From: Pavona decussata
Lineage: Eukaryota
Direction: 5' to 3'
NCBI GenBank assembly: GCA_977016875.1
Contig: CDRNST010000015.1
Coordinates: forward strand, 434,001-498,000
Length of the DNA stretch: 64,000 nucleotides
Positions 1 through 11,689 of the stretch are shown in pieces. A model generated the notes under the pieces. The model was not told the origin of the DNA, made no database searches, and was given only the letters and a program-made list of their open reading frames with translations. Positions within the stretch are counted from its first letter, which is position 1. Every line of letters starts with the position of its first letter. The position numbers and the translations under genes were made by a program.

Positions 1-819
1 ATGGAGTAAAGTGTTGAACAAGGTCTTAAAAAGCAACATGAAAGTCTGGGCGATTCTGCAACAGTTTGCCCTAATGGAAAGAATTCTAATAATCGAAATC
101 AATCATTTAAAATTTTTTTCATATACAGACCATCAAAATAATTTTCCCTGTTGCAAAATGTCACCTTGAACATTCATGAGTCTTTATTTACTAGTTACCA
201 TCACAAGGCGTGTATGATTTGCAAACTTGTGGCGGCAAATACAATTTGATGTATGTTAACATTAGAAAAAGAGACATTAACTAACATTTTGGCACAATAT
301 TTTTCACATACTCTAATTGTATTTGTCAATACAAGTCTGCAAGCGATAATTAATTAATTAAATCAATTCATTAACTAAAGAAAATGAGAAAATAAAAGAC
401 AAGAAATTGAAACATCGGCTTTGTGTGAGTGTAACTTTTATCGTTTCTTTTCCTTGGTAAATGTACAATATTGATATATTAACTAGCCTAAGTAATAAAC
501 ACAATAATATAAATTTGACCTTAAAAATTAAAAAAAAAAACGCCGCATCCGTATTTTGAGTGCCCGTATTTTTTCTAAGTATTTTGGCGGGAAAATTCAT
601 CGTTTTCCACGGCGATGTTAACAGCACGGAAAATTTAAAAAAAGGGCGCATGCGTATTTTAGACGCCCGTATTTTTTCTAAGTTTTTGGTGGGAAAATTC
701 TGAAAATTTAAACAGCCCATTACGACTAAACTCAAAATATTTAGCGGTTTTTTCTTTTTGGACAAAACGTCTACTAAACTTTCACAAGGTGTTTAGAGGA
801 TCAAAAAATCAAATAATGA

Positions 820-1565
820 TCAACTGTCAGGGGTTTCGACGTGTAAAACTCCCCTGGAAACCTAAAAAGTGTCTAAGGGGACGTTTTTGGACACACTGAT
901 TCGATTGGAAGCTTATAAAAGAATATTTGTATTTCGCCTATGGTTTTTGGCCAAACGTGACCAAATTTTGAAGTCCTCATTTTTCACTTGTGTATGTCTC
1001 TAGGATCTCTGCATGTCGTAAAACTCCCTTGGAAACCTAAAAAGTGTCTCAGGGGACGTTTTCGGACACACTTATTTGATTGGAAGTTTTGAAAAAATAT
1101 TTTTATTTCGTCCAGGAATCGACTTTCTTCCAAGTGGTAAGGGCATGGTTTTTGGCCAAAAATGACCAAATTTTGAAGTCAGCATTTTTCACTTTTTTTA
1201 TGTCTCTAGGGATCTCGGCGTGTCGTAAAACTCCCTTGGGAATTATTTTAAAGGGTAAGTAACGCCCTGACAAGGAACTTTCTGCTTAACCCTTACCCTG
1301 ACTCCATCTCTTGTGGGCTATTTCTTTGTCCCTGGTCCCTTGGGAGGCCTTAAAAGTGTCTCAAGGGACATTTTCGGACACACTGATCCGACTGTAAGCT
1401 TTTAAAAGAATATTTGTATTTCGTCCAAAACTCGACTTTCTTGCAAGGGGTAAGGGCATGGTTTTTGGCAAAAAAATTACCAAATTTTGAAGTCGGCATT
1501 TTTCACTTGTTTATGTCCCTAGGGATTTTGGCGTCTTAAAACTCCCTTGCTAACCTAAAAAGTGT
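820..1565. repeat. Tandem/satellite-like repeat, ~175-205 bp units (copy B at ~44035..44760)
   Basis: Motifs GTAAAACTCCCTTGGAAACCTAAAAAGTGTCT, GGACACACTGAT and ACCAAATTTTGAAGTC each recur 3-4 times. Confidence 0.8.
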
Positions 1566-1621
1566 TTGATTGATATTTACACATAATTAATCTTATGTAA
1601 ATATCTATCAGCATTGCGGAG

Positions 1622-2755
1622 CAGCAATGATTCAAGATAATCTGGGAATTCAGTAAGGAATACATTTGTAGTGACAGGATGGCTCTCGGAGTCACGGGGT
1701 GGTCTGTAGATAATTGCGATGCGAATGCTGTACCAGCCAGATTTAATAATCCATTCTGAGAATTCATACGAATATCGCACAATTACACCAGCGTCAATCA
1801 TTGTTGCATTCAGCGACTCGTGATAGATGATTCCAGTCCCCCCTTTACGTTGATCTGGTCTCGTGCGATCTAAGATTTTGTAACCATTGGGGCAAAGCTC
1901 AGCTCTTACTGAAGAGTCTAGATCGGTTAGCCAATGTTCCGTAAAGGCTAGTTTCCATATGATCGCGGATAGCAGATCGCAGATCGCAATAAGGTCTGCG
2001 ATCGTCTGCGATCATATGGAAACATACTTCTGCGATCGTCTGCGATCCTGCGATCACGATCACAGACGATCGCAGACGATCGCAGAAGATAGAACTATGT
2101 TCTATCTCCTGCGATCGTCTGCGATCATCTGCGATCATTTGCGATTGTGCGATTATATGGAAACCAAAGTTTTGCGATCCGCGATCGAAACGCATCCCAT
2201 AATATTTCGAGTTCTCTCCCACGATTCAACGCTCGTGTGTTCGATTCTAGGAACGGTCTTCGTTATGAATGTGTTTATTATCGCAGTCGCAGAGATTTTA
2301 ACGGCAAGAACAATAAGGCCAGCTATTGGGACAAAATCGGGCAGAAGATTCATTTATCGGCCGAAAAAGCGGAGGCCAAATTTCTCCAACATAAGAACTG
2401 CATACGGTCGTTATCGAATCCAAAACCGATGTTTTCGACGGTTTTAGAGCTGGCGACGACTAGCTTAATTATGACATACAGAAGAAGTAAATTTGCTTGC
2501 AGCAAAATTTCCGCTCTTCCACGTTCGCGATGTTGTTTGCTTTTCAGCCTACACGCGCGTGTATATTTGATCTTTTCGCTGACCAAAATGTATGCCTACG
2601 GTCGGCTCTGCGATCGTTGCGATTATATGGAAACAGCCTTTTTTTGCGATCGTCTGCGATTGTTTGCGATCTGCGATCTGCGATCGTCTGCGATCATATG
2701 GAAACCAGCCTTAAGATTAACAATGGCAGGTGTATGATCGCAAATATATTTTGGA
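1622..2755 (-). mobile_element. LINE (L2/CR1-like) AP-endonuclease fragment, interrupted by a Harbinger element (copy B ~44814..45925)
   Basis: Minus-strand translation across the insertion gives YICDHTPAIVNLTEHWL..ELCPNGY..RKGG..SYEFSEW..IRIAIIYRPP..FLTEFPDYLESLLL. These match APE motifs TETWL, GGG and YRPP. Frameshifted. Confidence 0.8.
1945..2711 (+). mobile_element. Non-autonomous PIF/Harbinger element with MADF (Myb/SANT) remnant
   Basis: TIRs AGGCT(A/G)GTTTCCATATGATCGC / GCGATCATATGGAAACCAGCCT, TAA TSD at 1942-44 and 2712-14, GCGATC-rich subterminal repeats. Internal RYECVY..KASYWDKIG..AEAKF/NIRTAYGRY is MADF-like. Confidence 0.9.
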
Positions 2756-2759
2756 TGGA

Positions 2760-3125
2760 GTTTCTGTTCCATTGGAGTTGTTAGATTCTCTCTATTGTGT
2801 TCATTTTAACAATAGTTATGGAGTTGGATCTAATAAATCATTGTGCCTGTTGAATTTGGACGCTGGAATTAAGGTCTTTCTCTCACATTCTCTCATGTGG
2901 ATATGCAAAACCAAGATTCGCACTTCTTTCATTAACCAAGGTCAAGTCAACAAAGGAGCTTTGTACGCAAGTCTTTTATTAACGTCGTTAAAGTATCCAT
3001 TTATTCACTATTTAAAAGCTGTAACATTTTAGTATTATAAGAATTGTAATGCAAAGCGCATTAGATCATATAGCCATGTATTTTGCGCTACATAAATAAT
3101 AAAGTTATGTTTTGTTTATGTTTAA
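2760..3125 (+). mobile_element. Degenerate LINE (L2-like) 3' end (copy B ~45930..46292)
   Basis: Decayed ORF2 C-terminus followed by TGTAATGCAAAGCGCATTAG...TGCGCTACATAAATAATAAA and a short TTATG-type tail, typical of L2-clade 3' ends. Confidence 0.5.
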
Positions 3126-3774
3126 TACGTAAAAATGACAGTTTTCAAAATTTGTTGGAAGTGCCGAATATTCATTAATCATGCCATTGAGCGCGTAAAA
3201 AACGCTTGAGACGATGATCTTAAAACTCGTCTCCTCAAGGACTTACCACCAATTTGAAATATATGGTTGAAACTGACGTCTCGAATAAAATTGAAGTGTA
3301 AATATGTAAATATCTATCAGCATTGCGGAGAATATTTTTGTATTTGTACTCTAAGGTTTAATGTTTTCTACTCAGCCAGGAGAATTTCTTGGAGTTGTCC
3401 CCAATGCTTCAGTTTACAGCTGTAGTTTAGTAAAGTTAGGGACTTTTAAAAACATGTACAGGGTAATGAAATGCCATTTTAGCATTCAAAGTAATTAAAA
3501 ATTATATAGTTTTGTCGAAACCGAACTGGACTTTTGCTTCCATTTTCCATATAATTATAAGGTAGTAGCCCACGCAAATTTGCGTGTATCCGCGCAGGTT
3601 TATGACGTGAAGGGTGGCACAATTTTTTTCAAAAAATAGATTTTTTGCTACAAGACATGGGGACGCGTGGAACCCATGCTTACGGTCTCCATCCCTGATT
3701 ATTGCTCCTGGTAGTACTCACCACTGATGTCAACAGTAAAACAACAACAACCTATAAATCCTATAAATGCGTGA

Positions 3775-3903
3775 CAATTGCAGTTGTGTACTGTAAGTGA
3801 CTTAAACAGCTGCGAAAAGAAAGCCTTAAAAACGTTAGCGATTGAACGAGATTCGAACCAATGACTCTGCGATACCAGTACAGAGCTCTTAATTAACTGA
3901 GCT
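3775..3903 (-). mobile_element. Degenerate tRNA-derived SINE (copy B ~46938..47053)
   Basis: Reverse strand reads AGCTCAGTTAATTAAGAGC (A-box-like) ... GGTTCGAATC (B-box), followed by a non-tRNA body. Confidence 0.65.
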
Positions 3904-4768
3904 GTCGTACTGGCTGCGGGAATAGCAGCATTATTCGCGTGCACCATACGTGGAAATCCTCCATATTGCGCTTAAAATACTGGGAGCTGCACATTTTCTG
4001 AATTTGTGATTGGCATCAGTGATACCCATAGAAGTGAGGAGATGTCAGTGAAACATTTGAATTTCAATCATAGACAACAGTAATGTTGGAATAGTTGCAG
4101 TGACAACAGTTAGAAGTGAGTGTCTGATTGCCGCTCTTGATAGTCTGAAGAAAATAGCAGAAAGACCCTCGCAGTTCTTATTGTTTACCATATTGATCAT
4201 GTTAAAAGGAAAAAACAACATTAACAGCACTGGTCGGCATGTGATTAGTATGGGAGTAATTACCTACGCCATTGTGAAATTGCACTTGTTTGACTTTAAT
4301 GTAATATATTAAACACGAGGGGAGAGTGTTTCAAGCCATTTCCAAACACCGAGAATTTGGTTGAAAAAGAGGCGGTTGAGAGAGAGCGGAGGTCCTTGTA
4401 TTACGACAGCCGTGGAAAACTTGAAGCTAGCATAGCGCAGAAGTGTTTGTACAAAAACGCAAATATTCTACTGTGGACAGATTTCAAGTTCCCGTTGAAT
4501 GGAGCCATTTTTAACAAAAATATTTATAACTGATAGTTAAAACGTTTCTCTGGTGGTAAAATTCATTAATTATTCATCAAAGTTATGACCAAACAATACG
4601 GCAGAATTTAAGTCACGTGTACACCTCCGGTAAACCCCAATACAAATCAATGAATTATTAGACAGTAGAATTGACTTTTGGTACAAACCCCTGCTCAACT
4701 AATTAGTATTCATTAACTTTCGTTACAGATCTCTACTGATTAAAATTCTAAACACAATACATTCAATT

Positions 4769-4812
<44 letters not shown>

Positions 4813-5074
4813 GATATCTGTAAAAACGCCCATACAGATCTCCCGCTCATAATTAAAAATATGTAAACGTATAAAAAAATCAAATGCTTACAAAAAAAAA
4901 TAAAAAGAAAGAAAGAAAACGACCCCGTTTGGCTGTTCCAGGCGAGGTCTGTGATTGGAAAACGAAACAATAGGTAATAGGATATGAAACAATAAACCCT
5001 CGGCTGAGAACAATAGCGGCTACAGGATATAGGGACCACTTAAAAAAAGAAGTCTGAAAGAGCTACGGGACGAC

Positions 5075-5125
5075 CGAAAAAAACACAACTTTTCGGCCAA
5101 AACTTCAGCCTTCATCAGAAGAAAG
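5075..5125 (-). ncRNA. Minimal hammerhead-ribozyme-like core, Penelope-type (copy B 48215..48262)
   Basis: Minus strand CTGATGA-A-GGCT(GAAGTTTT)GGCC-GAAA gives both core boxes and stem II. Stems I/III are weak, so it is probably decayed. Confidence 0.45.
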
Positions 5126-6540
5126 CGATAAGAATTTACAAAATCTTGTCTCAAATGCACTGGATATGCACGTTTTTGTCAACAAGGCAAACATGCGGAG
5201 AGCAGCGAACATTTTGTACCCACCCAGAAAGCGGCTTCGTGGGGAAATACATGGCTGATGGCTACAGAGATGCTCTATAGTACATCAACAATAGCCAGCT
5301 GAATTATAGAATTTTTGGCTTCACACTAATTACTGTACACTGTTCACAGTGCCCTTTTTTCTTTGGTGGGACTTTTGAGACTTGTACGCTTCGATCGAAC
5401 TCCCACCATCTTCGTTTGTAACGGCGAGTATCAATGGCTTCTGATGCTCTCCATAGGATGATCGAAGGCCCCTGGCAACAACCATAAGAATTTCAATGCC
5501 GTGCTTGTTGTCCCCACTAACGACACCAAGTACACGAAAGATTCCGTATTTCGAGTCTGGGGACCACACTTCTGCATGATATGGGCTGCAGCGTTGAAAC
5601 AACGGTTCCTAATAAACCGCCCAAATAAAATTCATGATGTTGTTGCGCGGGGCGGGTCAGTTGTTCCTCGGTAAACGACCTGGTGTGTCAGGAATTCCTG
5701 CAGCCAGTTTCCCATCTGCGAGGATTTGACGGAAATTACTATTAACATCCACTTCATAGCAAATGTTAGGTAGCTCTTTATTCTTCCTCTTGTTATGCTC
5801 AGAAATGGCAACCATGGTCTTTTCCAGTATTCAAATGGAAATTAGAGCCTAATTGAATCTATCCTTAATTTTTTGTCATTCCCGTGCAAAGTAGCTAAGA
5901 GCACTGAGAAATCAAAACAAAAACAAAAAAATCATTCATGGACAATACAATATCCTGCGTTATCTTCCATCTGAACAAATGTTTCTGTTTGAAAAACTAC
6001 AACTGCTCACAATTAAGGGATTCATGATCTGATCATCACGCCATGTTAAAATGCGCGTTACAAGTATTAAGTATTTATTTTTTATTTATTTTATTCATAA
6101 TCGTGCTATCACTATTTTCTTTACTTTGTCTATATTGCCATATTCTCTTATCATAGAATACTGTGCTCTAGTAAAGCGTACATCAGTTGATTGAGTAAAA
6201 CTGATCGTCATATTGTGCTAAAACAAACTGATTGCGGTCTGACATCTTATCTGTCTTCGTTATGCTAAATGGGCTGACTTCTCGGCTATAATTATTGGTA
6301 TATTTTTCTCCTTAAAAATCAAAAGGAATTATTTTCTTACTTTATTACCTCAAAGGGCAATACAGTCAAAAATAGAACGTTGTGGCTTAACTAAATCTCT
6401 CTCTCTCTCTTTTTTTACTAACAAAATTTTTGCACTAAAAAACAAATTGGGAAAAAAGAATCAACGTACTAAAAGTTTGTGATTACGGTTCAGTCAGGCA
6501 ACAAATCGCTTGCTCCTTCCTAATCATCAGTGACGTCACT

Positions 6541-6939
6541 TCATGCCTGAACTTTGTGGCAGATATTTCCGATGTACTTGACATCAACGTATTTTCCTCT
6601 CTCTTCATGAATGACAAATGCAATTCTCAGTCCACATTCGGGACGCCTGCATTCACCAGCCCCTCTGAAAAACGGTGCAGAGTGCCTCTTACGGGAATTG
6701 GCCGATCTCACGTGGTTGTTCTTGAAGCGCAAATCGCACCATGGGTTGCTATTCTTCACTTTGATGGAGAAGATTCGGGTCCAGTCCCCACCTAGCAATC
6801 GCCCACCGCTAGGAAACGTACTGAGGGGAATCCTATCCCAGTCCTCCTTAGCGAGCTTGAATCGGGTTAGCTTCCCATTCATGGCCCGTCGGAAATATTC
6901 TTCTTCTTCAGAATCGTCAGAGTCTGGATCATCTTCGTT
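6541..6939 (-). CDS. Terminal coding exon, copy A (NEDDPDSDD...GNICHKVQA*)
   Basis: Acceptor at 6940-6942, open frame includes ORF 6541..6882. Confidence 0.7.
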   Translation of the reverse strand, partial: NEDDPDSDDSEEEEYFRRAMNGKLTRFKLAKEDWDRIPLSTFPSGGRLLGGDWTRIFSIKVKNSNPWCDLRFKNNHVRSANSRKRHSAPFFRGAGECRRPECGLRIAFVIHEERGKYVDVKYIGNICHKVQA

Positions 6940-7410
6940 CTATAGCAAAGAACACAAATTGATAACTATCAAGTACTGAGCAGTTTTCAATTGAGAGTCG
7001 TAAAACCAAAGCCAAAACAATTACTCTGACACCTACTACGCAAAGAACCAATCAGAGTTCGAAGCAAGCACATGTAACTGGCGCCAAGAGCGGGAGCAAA
7101 TCGTAAACCATTTTCACTGTCATTACAACCACTCACTGCCTTTACTGGGAGGCGAGATTTTGCGAAGATAGAAGGTCGTAAGACAAGGAAACGGAAAGTA
7201 GGACACGTCGCCGAAGGGGAGGTGGGTGGGTAAAGAAACATTCTGAGATCCCAGAACGGCGTAACTTGGCGAGAAGGACCAAAGAGCAGGAATAGTTTGC
7301 TTAAATAGGCAGATGAAGTCCCACGAGACATGGGTGGCATTGACTTTAAAACACCGAGGAGTTACAAACATACCAGCGTTGCGCGCGCAAGCTGGTTTCG
7401 TGGTTATTTA

Positions 7411-8416
7411 GGCTATGTTCACAAGGGACCGTCCCAAATAGATCCGACCCTATCCTGGAACAGAACACTTCTGTTGACAAGGCACCGTTCCGTTTATCAA
7501 CGTCAGGCCACACGGGACCGGTCCGTTATGGTTCGGTACTCAATCGAAGTAAGAAAAGCAGCTGTTTCTACCAGTTAAGCATCCGCAGAATACACGTTGG
7601 CGCCGAAGAAGGCTAATTCAATAGAGGAAGGAGATAAAGCCTTCAGCTAGACGGACGATGAATTCCCTTCTCTTAAAAGTTATTACAGATTACAAAGCCT
7701 ATGAGGTTTCAAATGGAAAAGATTGGGAAACTGTTCAAAGAAAATATGAAGACATCATTAAAAGGTTTCTCGAAAGATATCCTTCTAAGATTTCCGATGG
7801 AATATTGTATTAACAGCCATTTGGAGGACGGTCAGCTGCCTTAAGGCAGTTAAACCAAGAAGTATGCCGACCAAAACAACGGCTTTTTGCCTCCTCATGT
7901 ACTTCTAGACCGAAGTACGATAAATTCAACTAGTACCCAAGCTTAACTGCGCTCCTAGTACCAAAAGGAACCGGTCCAGATGTTTACACGGTGACAGATC
8001 CATTTGGGACCGAAACGGTTCCAAAACTGGACCTGCTTTTCTTGAGGTCCAGTTATCGAACCTGGGAAACGTTTCTCGAAAGTCCCAGTAACTTATCGGG
8101 CCCGATAAGTGATTTTGGTGATAAATGTTTCTTAAAAGAAGTCAATTTTTGTTAGCTTTGAATACTAAATTTTAGAATCTTATAATTCTGTGAAAACATT
8201 GGCCAAGTACCATCTGTTTAATTATTGTGTAACCGGCGAAAAAACATTTAAAACAAAACTTATCGGGCCTGGTAAGTTACCGGGACTTTCGAGAAACAGG
8301 CCCCTGATCGGGAACGGATTGACCGTACGGTGAGCAGGTCCCGTGTGAACAAAAGGTCTATCCGCCACAATTTTTAGACCGTAACCATTTGGAACCGGTC
8401 CCGTGTGAACATAGCG
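7411..8416 (+). mobile_element. Non-autonomous PIF/Harbinger element with Myb/SANT-like remnant
   Basis: TIRs GGCTATGTTCAC / GTGAACATAGCG, TTA TSD at 7408-10 and 8417-19. Internal TDDE..LLLKVITDYKA..GKDWETVQRKYEDII..FLERYP at ~7650-7785. Confidence 0.85.
8065..8303. mobile_element. 239-bp MITE (Harbinger-like, CTG TSD), copy A only
   Basis: ~45-bp TIRs GTTTCTCGAAAGTCCC.GTAACTTA.C.GGCCCGATAAGT, CTG duplicated at 8062-64 and 8304-06. Copy B has a single CTG. Confidence 0.9.
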
Positions 8417-8933
8417 TTAGATAGTGAGAATAGGGATTGGTTTTGGTTCAATTGCTTCTCATGGCTTGAGGAAGAAGCGCGACTTTGAATTGAACTTCTA
8501 ATTTCATTGGACCTGTATATCACGCAGCTCCATTGTTTCACAGTTAGTGAGGGACCATTGTTTTTGTCGTTTGTTGATTGCTCCGCTTTTGTTTTTGTCA
8601 GCCAGTCCTGTGAGCCGCTCTAAGGGCTGCGTATTGCTCTGCTGAGCCAATCACAGAGCGAAGTAAAGTAAAACCAAAGCAAACGGAAACTACTTTCGAC
8701 CCCCAAATGAAAGCTGGTTAAGAAAAAAAAAATGGTTACAAAATATGTTAAATGAAGCCAAGATTTTCAAGAAATAGTTTTGATTACATTTCAGAGGCGC
8801 AAAGAAAGGTTGTAGTGATCGCTTACCACAGTGTTGTCTCTAAAAGAAAGACTGGATTAAGATCTGGCTGCCAGTCATCAAACAAATACATGTCACGTTA
8901 ATGCAATATGTTGTGTCGAGTTGTGAGCGTTTG

Positions 8934-9091
8934 AATGGACCAATCTTGATATATTGAAATTCAGCCAGAAACAATAAACATCACTGCGAGGCTCCAGGGA
9001 ATAAACCCATATAAACGCTACAATTTATTTCCCGGCGCCTCGCAGTGATGTTGTTTCAGGCTGAATTTTAATATATCAAAATTGGGCTATT
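8934..9091. mobile_element. Short palindromic MITE (copy B 52044..52204)
   Basis: Inverted arms GATATATT.AAATTCAGCC.GAAACAA..ACATCACTGCGAGG / CCTCGCAGTGATGTTGTTTCAGGCTGAATTTTAATATATC. Confidence 0.75.
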
Positions 9092-10709
9092 TGTTTAGCA
9101 TCTTATTTCAAAGTTCTTCGTATTATTATATAAACATTAAAGTTATACATTACATAACCAGAGAGAAGATAAAGAAAAAATGCATACGACAGTACCTTCC
9201 GGCATGAGAAAAATTGCCATTTCGCTCAAGGACAGGTGAGAAAAAGAGCTACCAACAATTCCAGCTTATAGTCTTACGGAAGTGGAACGGGAGAGGGGAA
9301 AAAAGAAGGAGAGAGGGGCATGATCGTAAAGGTCCTAGCATGGGCTATAGGAAAAATGGGTTTCGACTAAATAAAAATCTCAAATAAAGTTTCATTATTC
9401 GATTCTAGTAGTTTCTCCATATATATTTCTTATAGAAAAGCTTGAAAAACGCTCCACTTGTTTCAAAACTATGCCGCCAGTATTCATTTAGGCTTAGTAA
9501 CCGGGCGTCCCAGGCGTGGGCGCTAAGTGCACGAGAGTTAACTCATAATACCCCCTGGGTAGGAACCAAACTCGATCAGTCGTACAAAGCTCGTAAGAAG
9601 TTACAATGCCCATCTCCATATAAGGAAGCAAATTGTGCCCGCTTCCGGGAGTCTGAAAAGGCGCTGCAAGTCACAGGTAACGAAAAGGGGTGTGGGAGGG
9701 ATTTCGGTCAAGATGGTCAAGAGTTGCTACGAAGTAAGTGGATAGTTGGAAGATGTTTTCATCGGAATATTTCGTTTTTTTGTTTTGAATCCCTTGCCAT
9801 GGAATGACAAACTAACTTCCTTTCAGGTTCGGAGAAAAATATCGTCGTTTAAAATCCATTTACTTGCGTTCAGTGCTTGAAAGCTGTTTCTAGTGTTCGA
9901 TTTGTATTCAGCATTGCATGGTTTGAAAAGCGATTGCTGTGATTTCATCGCTTAATCGAGCTTCATCCGACATTGAAGCCATCCAAATTAAAGAGGCCGG
10001 AGTTGGCGCTCTCTCGAGCTAAGAAGAAACTGAAATTCAACAAGTAATGTTTGCGAAAGTCCTAAATAAAATCTTATGTATGCAAATTTTTGCTTTGTTT
10101 GTCTACTTCTACCCACTACATCCAACTGAAAACATTTGTCATTGATTTCAAAAAACAGTTAGCCCTACAGCAATCCAACAAACGAAGCATATTTCAAAGC
10201 CCAAATGTATCAGTCGGGTCATAGTTATGTTATTTCAAAATGGTATATTTTATCAATATTTCATCAAACTGTTTTCGACTCCTTTCCTGTTGGAAGAGTC
10301 ATCTTTCTGTCACATTTTGCAACTAGCAAGGGGTAGAAGGAGTTTGTTCCACTTACCAGCTGAGAAGGAATTTGAAAAACAATATCTATTGTATTTTACC
10401 CCCAGTAATTGGCCAGTAGCTCAAATCTCCTAGCAACAGTTAAACCGTTTCCCGCGCAGTCGTTTTTTTGGGCATAACAGCAAGCGCTTAGCCACCGCGC
10501 CTTGGCTACGAAGGAAACGCTTGGTTACCAAGACGACTGTTTGTTTGAGACCTATAGCCCATAGTTCAACATCCATTATTCACATGTTATTGATTACACC
10601 GTTATTGTAAATACAATGTTAGTCCCGTCATCTCACATTGTGTTTGGATTATACGAGGACAAAGGTATCATAAATAAATAAATTCTTTCAAGAAATTGAG
10701 CATACTCAT

Positions 10710-10810
10710 GCGTTTTCACCTGTCGTCCACACTAAAACGCTCGAAAACGCCGATGAAATCGGAGACTTTTGAAAACGCTTCGTTTCTAGTGTGGATGGGT
10801 GAAAACAGAG
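10710..10810. mobile_element. Palindromic DNA-transposon fragment (copy B ~53215..53345)
   Basis: TTTTCACCTGTCGTCCACACTAAAACG ... CGTTTCTAGTGTGGATGGGTGAAAA inverted repeat with GAAAACG repeats. Confidence 0.55.
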
Positions 10811-10842
10811 ACAGGAGAAAAATCTAGTTTTCCAGTACTTAC

Positions 10843-10902
10843 CATTTGGTTAGTTCTCCGCTCCGTGGAGATTCCCGAGGGCTTGAAAAGGTGGCCATCA
10901 AT
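10843..10902 (-). CDS. Coding exon 3, copy A (IDGHLFKPSGISTERRTNQM)
   Basis: AG acceptor and GTAAGT donor, 60 nt. Confidence 0.6.
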
Positions 10903-11277
10903 CTGTTTAAAATAAAGTTTTTTACAATATAGCTGAGTTAGCACTGTTACAATCCTGTCACTCCTTTAGAGTCAAATTTTGAGGCAGTCAATGTTTGTGA
11001 GTTTTTTTGCCGGATCTTTACATAAAGTCATTAACGGGACCGTTGGCTGGAAGCTACTGAACACCTATTGCTGGTCTTTCTTATGGCCTAAACATTGGTA
11101 TTTCGAAATTAAAGAAAAAACAACAAACAAACAAAACAATTATAGTTTTACCTCTGCTTTCACGCAAACATTTTTAGGGCGAAATATTTTTTGTCCTGGG
11201 TCACAAGACTTTCTTCCTGTTCCGTTGGTTTTATTTCATTGTGAACAGTTAACAAGAAATTTCTCATGCTCCTTTAC

Positions 11278-11689
11278 CTGTAAAGGGACATGAGTCACAA
11301 TCGAAGTTGCTTCATTCCCACGGTTCACGGGCGTCATAATTACACAGGGACGCTGGTTTTCCTCATCAAAGACTGCCAAGTTAGAATAAAAGGCTTGAAG
11401 ATGACACGTGGCAAACACAGGGGCACCTGGCAGGGCAACTGTAGTTATTAGGATCAGCGCTACTGATTGAAGCGTGAATAGACTGCTGTGGATCCTGTTG
11501 GTATCCCCGTGGACGGTAACCACCACTGTAATTATATAACGGTTGGTAGACCGCCGGTGCTGCGCTGTTTTTGATGCCTTGCATCTGGAAGCTTGTTGTT
11601 TGCATCTGGTTACTTAAGTGGTACAGAGGCAATTTGGCTTTACAAGTCACATGAGTTACTGGACTGTCTTCATCTTCAGAGACGATTTC
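11278..11689 (-). CDS. Coding exon 2, copy A (frameshifted)
   Basis: Acceptor TTCCTGTGTAG, donor CAG|GTAAAG. Split between ORFs 11381..11650 and 11236..11526 in the track. Confidence 0.6.

Larger units (their letters stand above)
6979..8716. mobile_element. ~280-bp MITE split into three pieces (6979-7105, ~8425-8485, 8645-8716) by nested insertions
   Basis: The pieces match consecutive parts of the related copy at 34631..34920 in reverse orientation. Confidence 0.55.

Noticed and set aside
820-1565. CRISPR-like array
   Set aside because: Whole units are similar with no unique spacers, the context is eukaryotic, and there are no cas genes.
1887-2784. Long overlapping ORFs (186, 196, 107 aa) and their copy-B equivalents
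   Set aside because: They arise from GCGATC-rich repeats of the Harbinger element. Only a frameshifted MADF remnant is meaningful.
5330-5830. ORF 5330..5602 as a further exon or transposase remnant
   Set aside because: It lies after the stop codon, has upstream in-frame stops, is frameshifted in copy B, and has no recognisable motif.
8827-8839. 13-nt microexon-like AG...GTAAGC on the minus strand
   Set aside because: It would break the phase-0 frame and no compensating exon was found.
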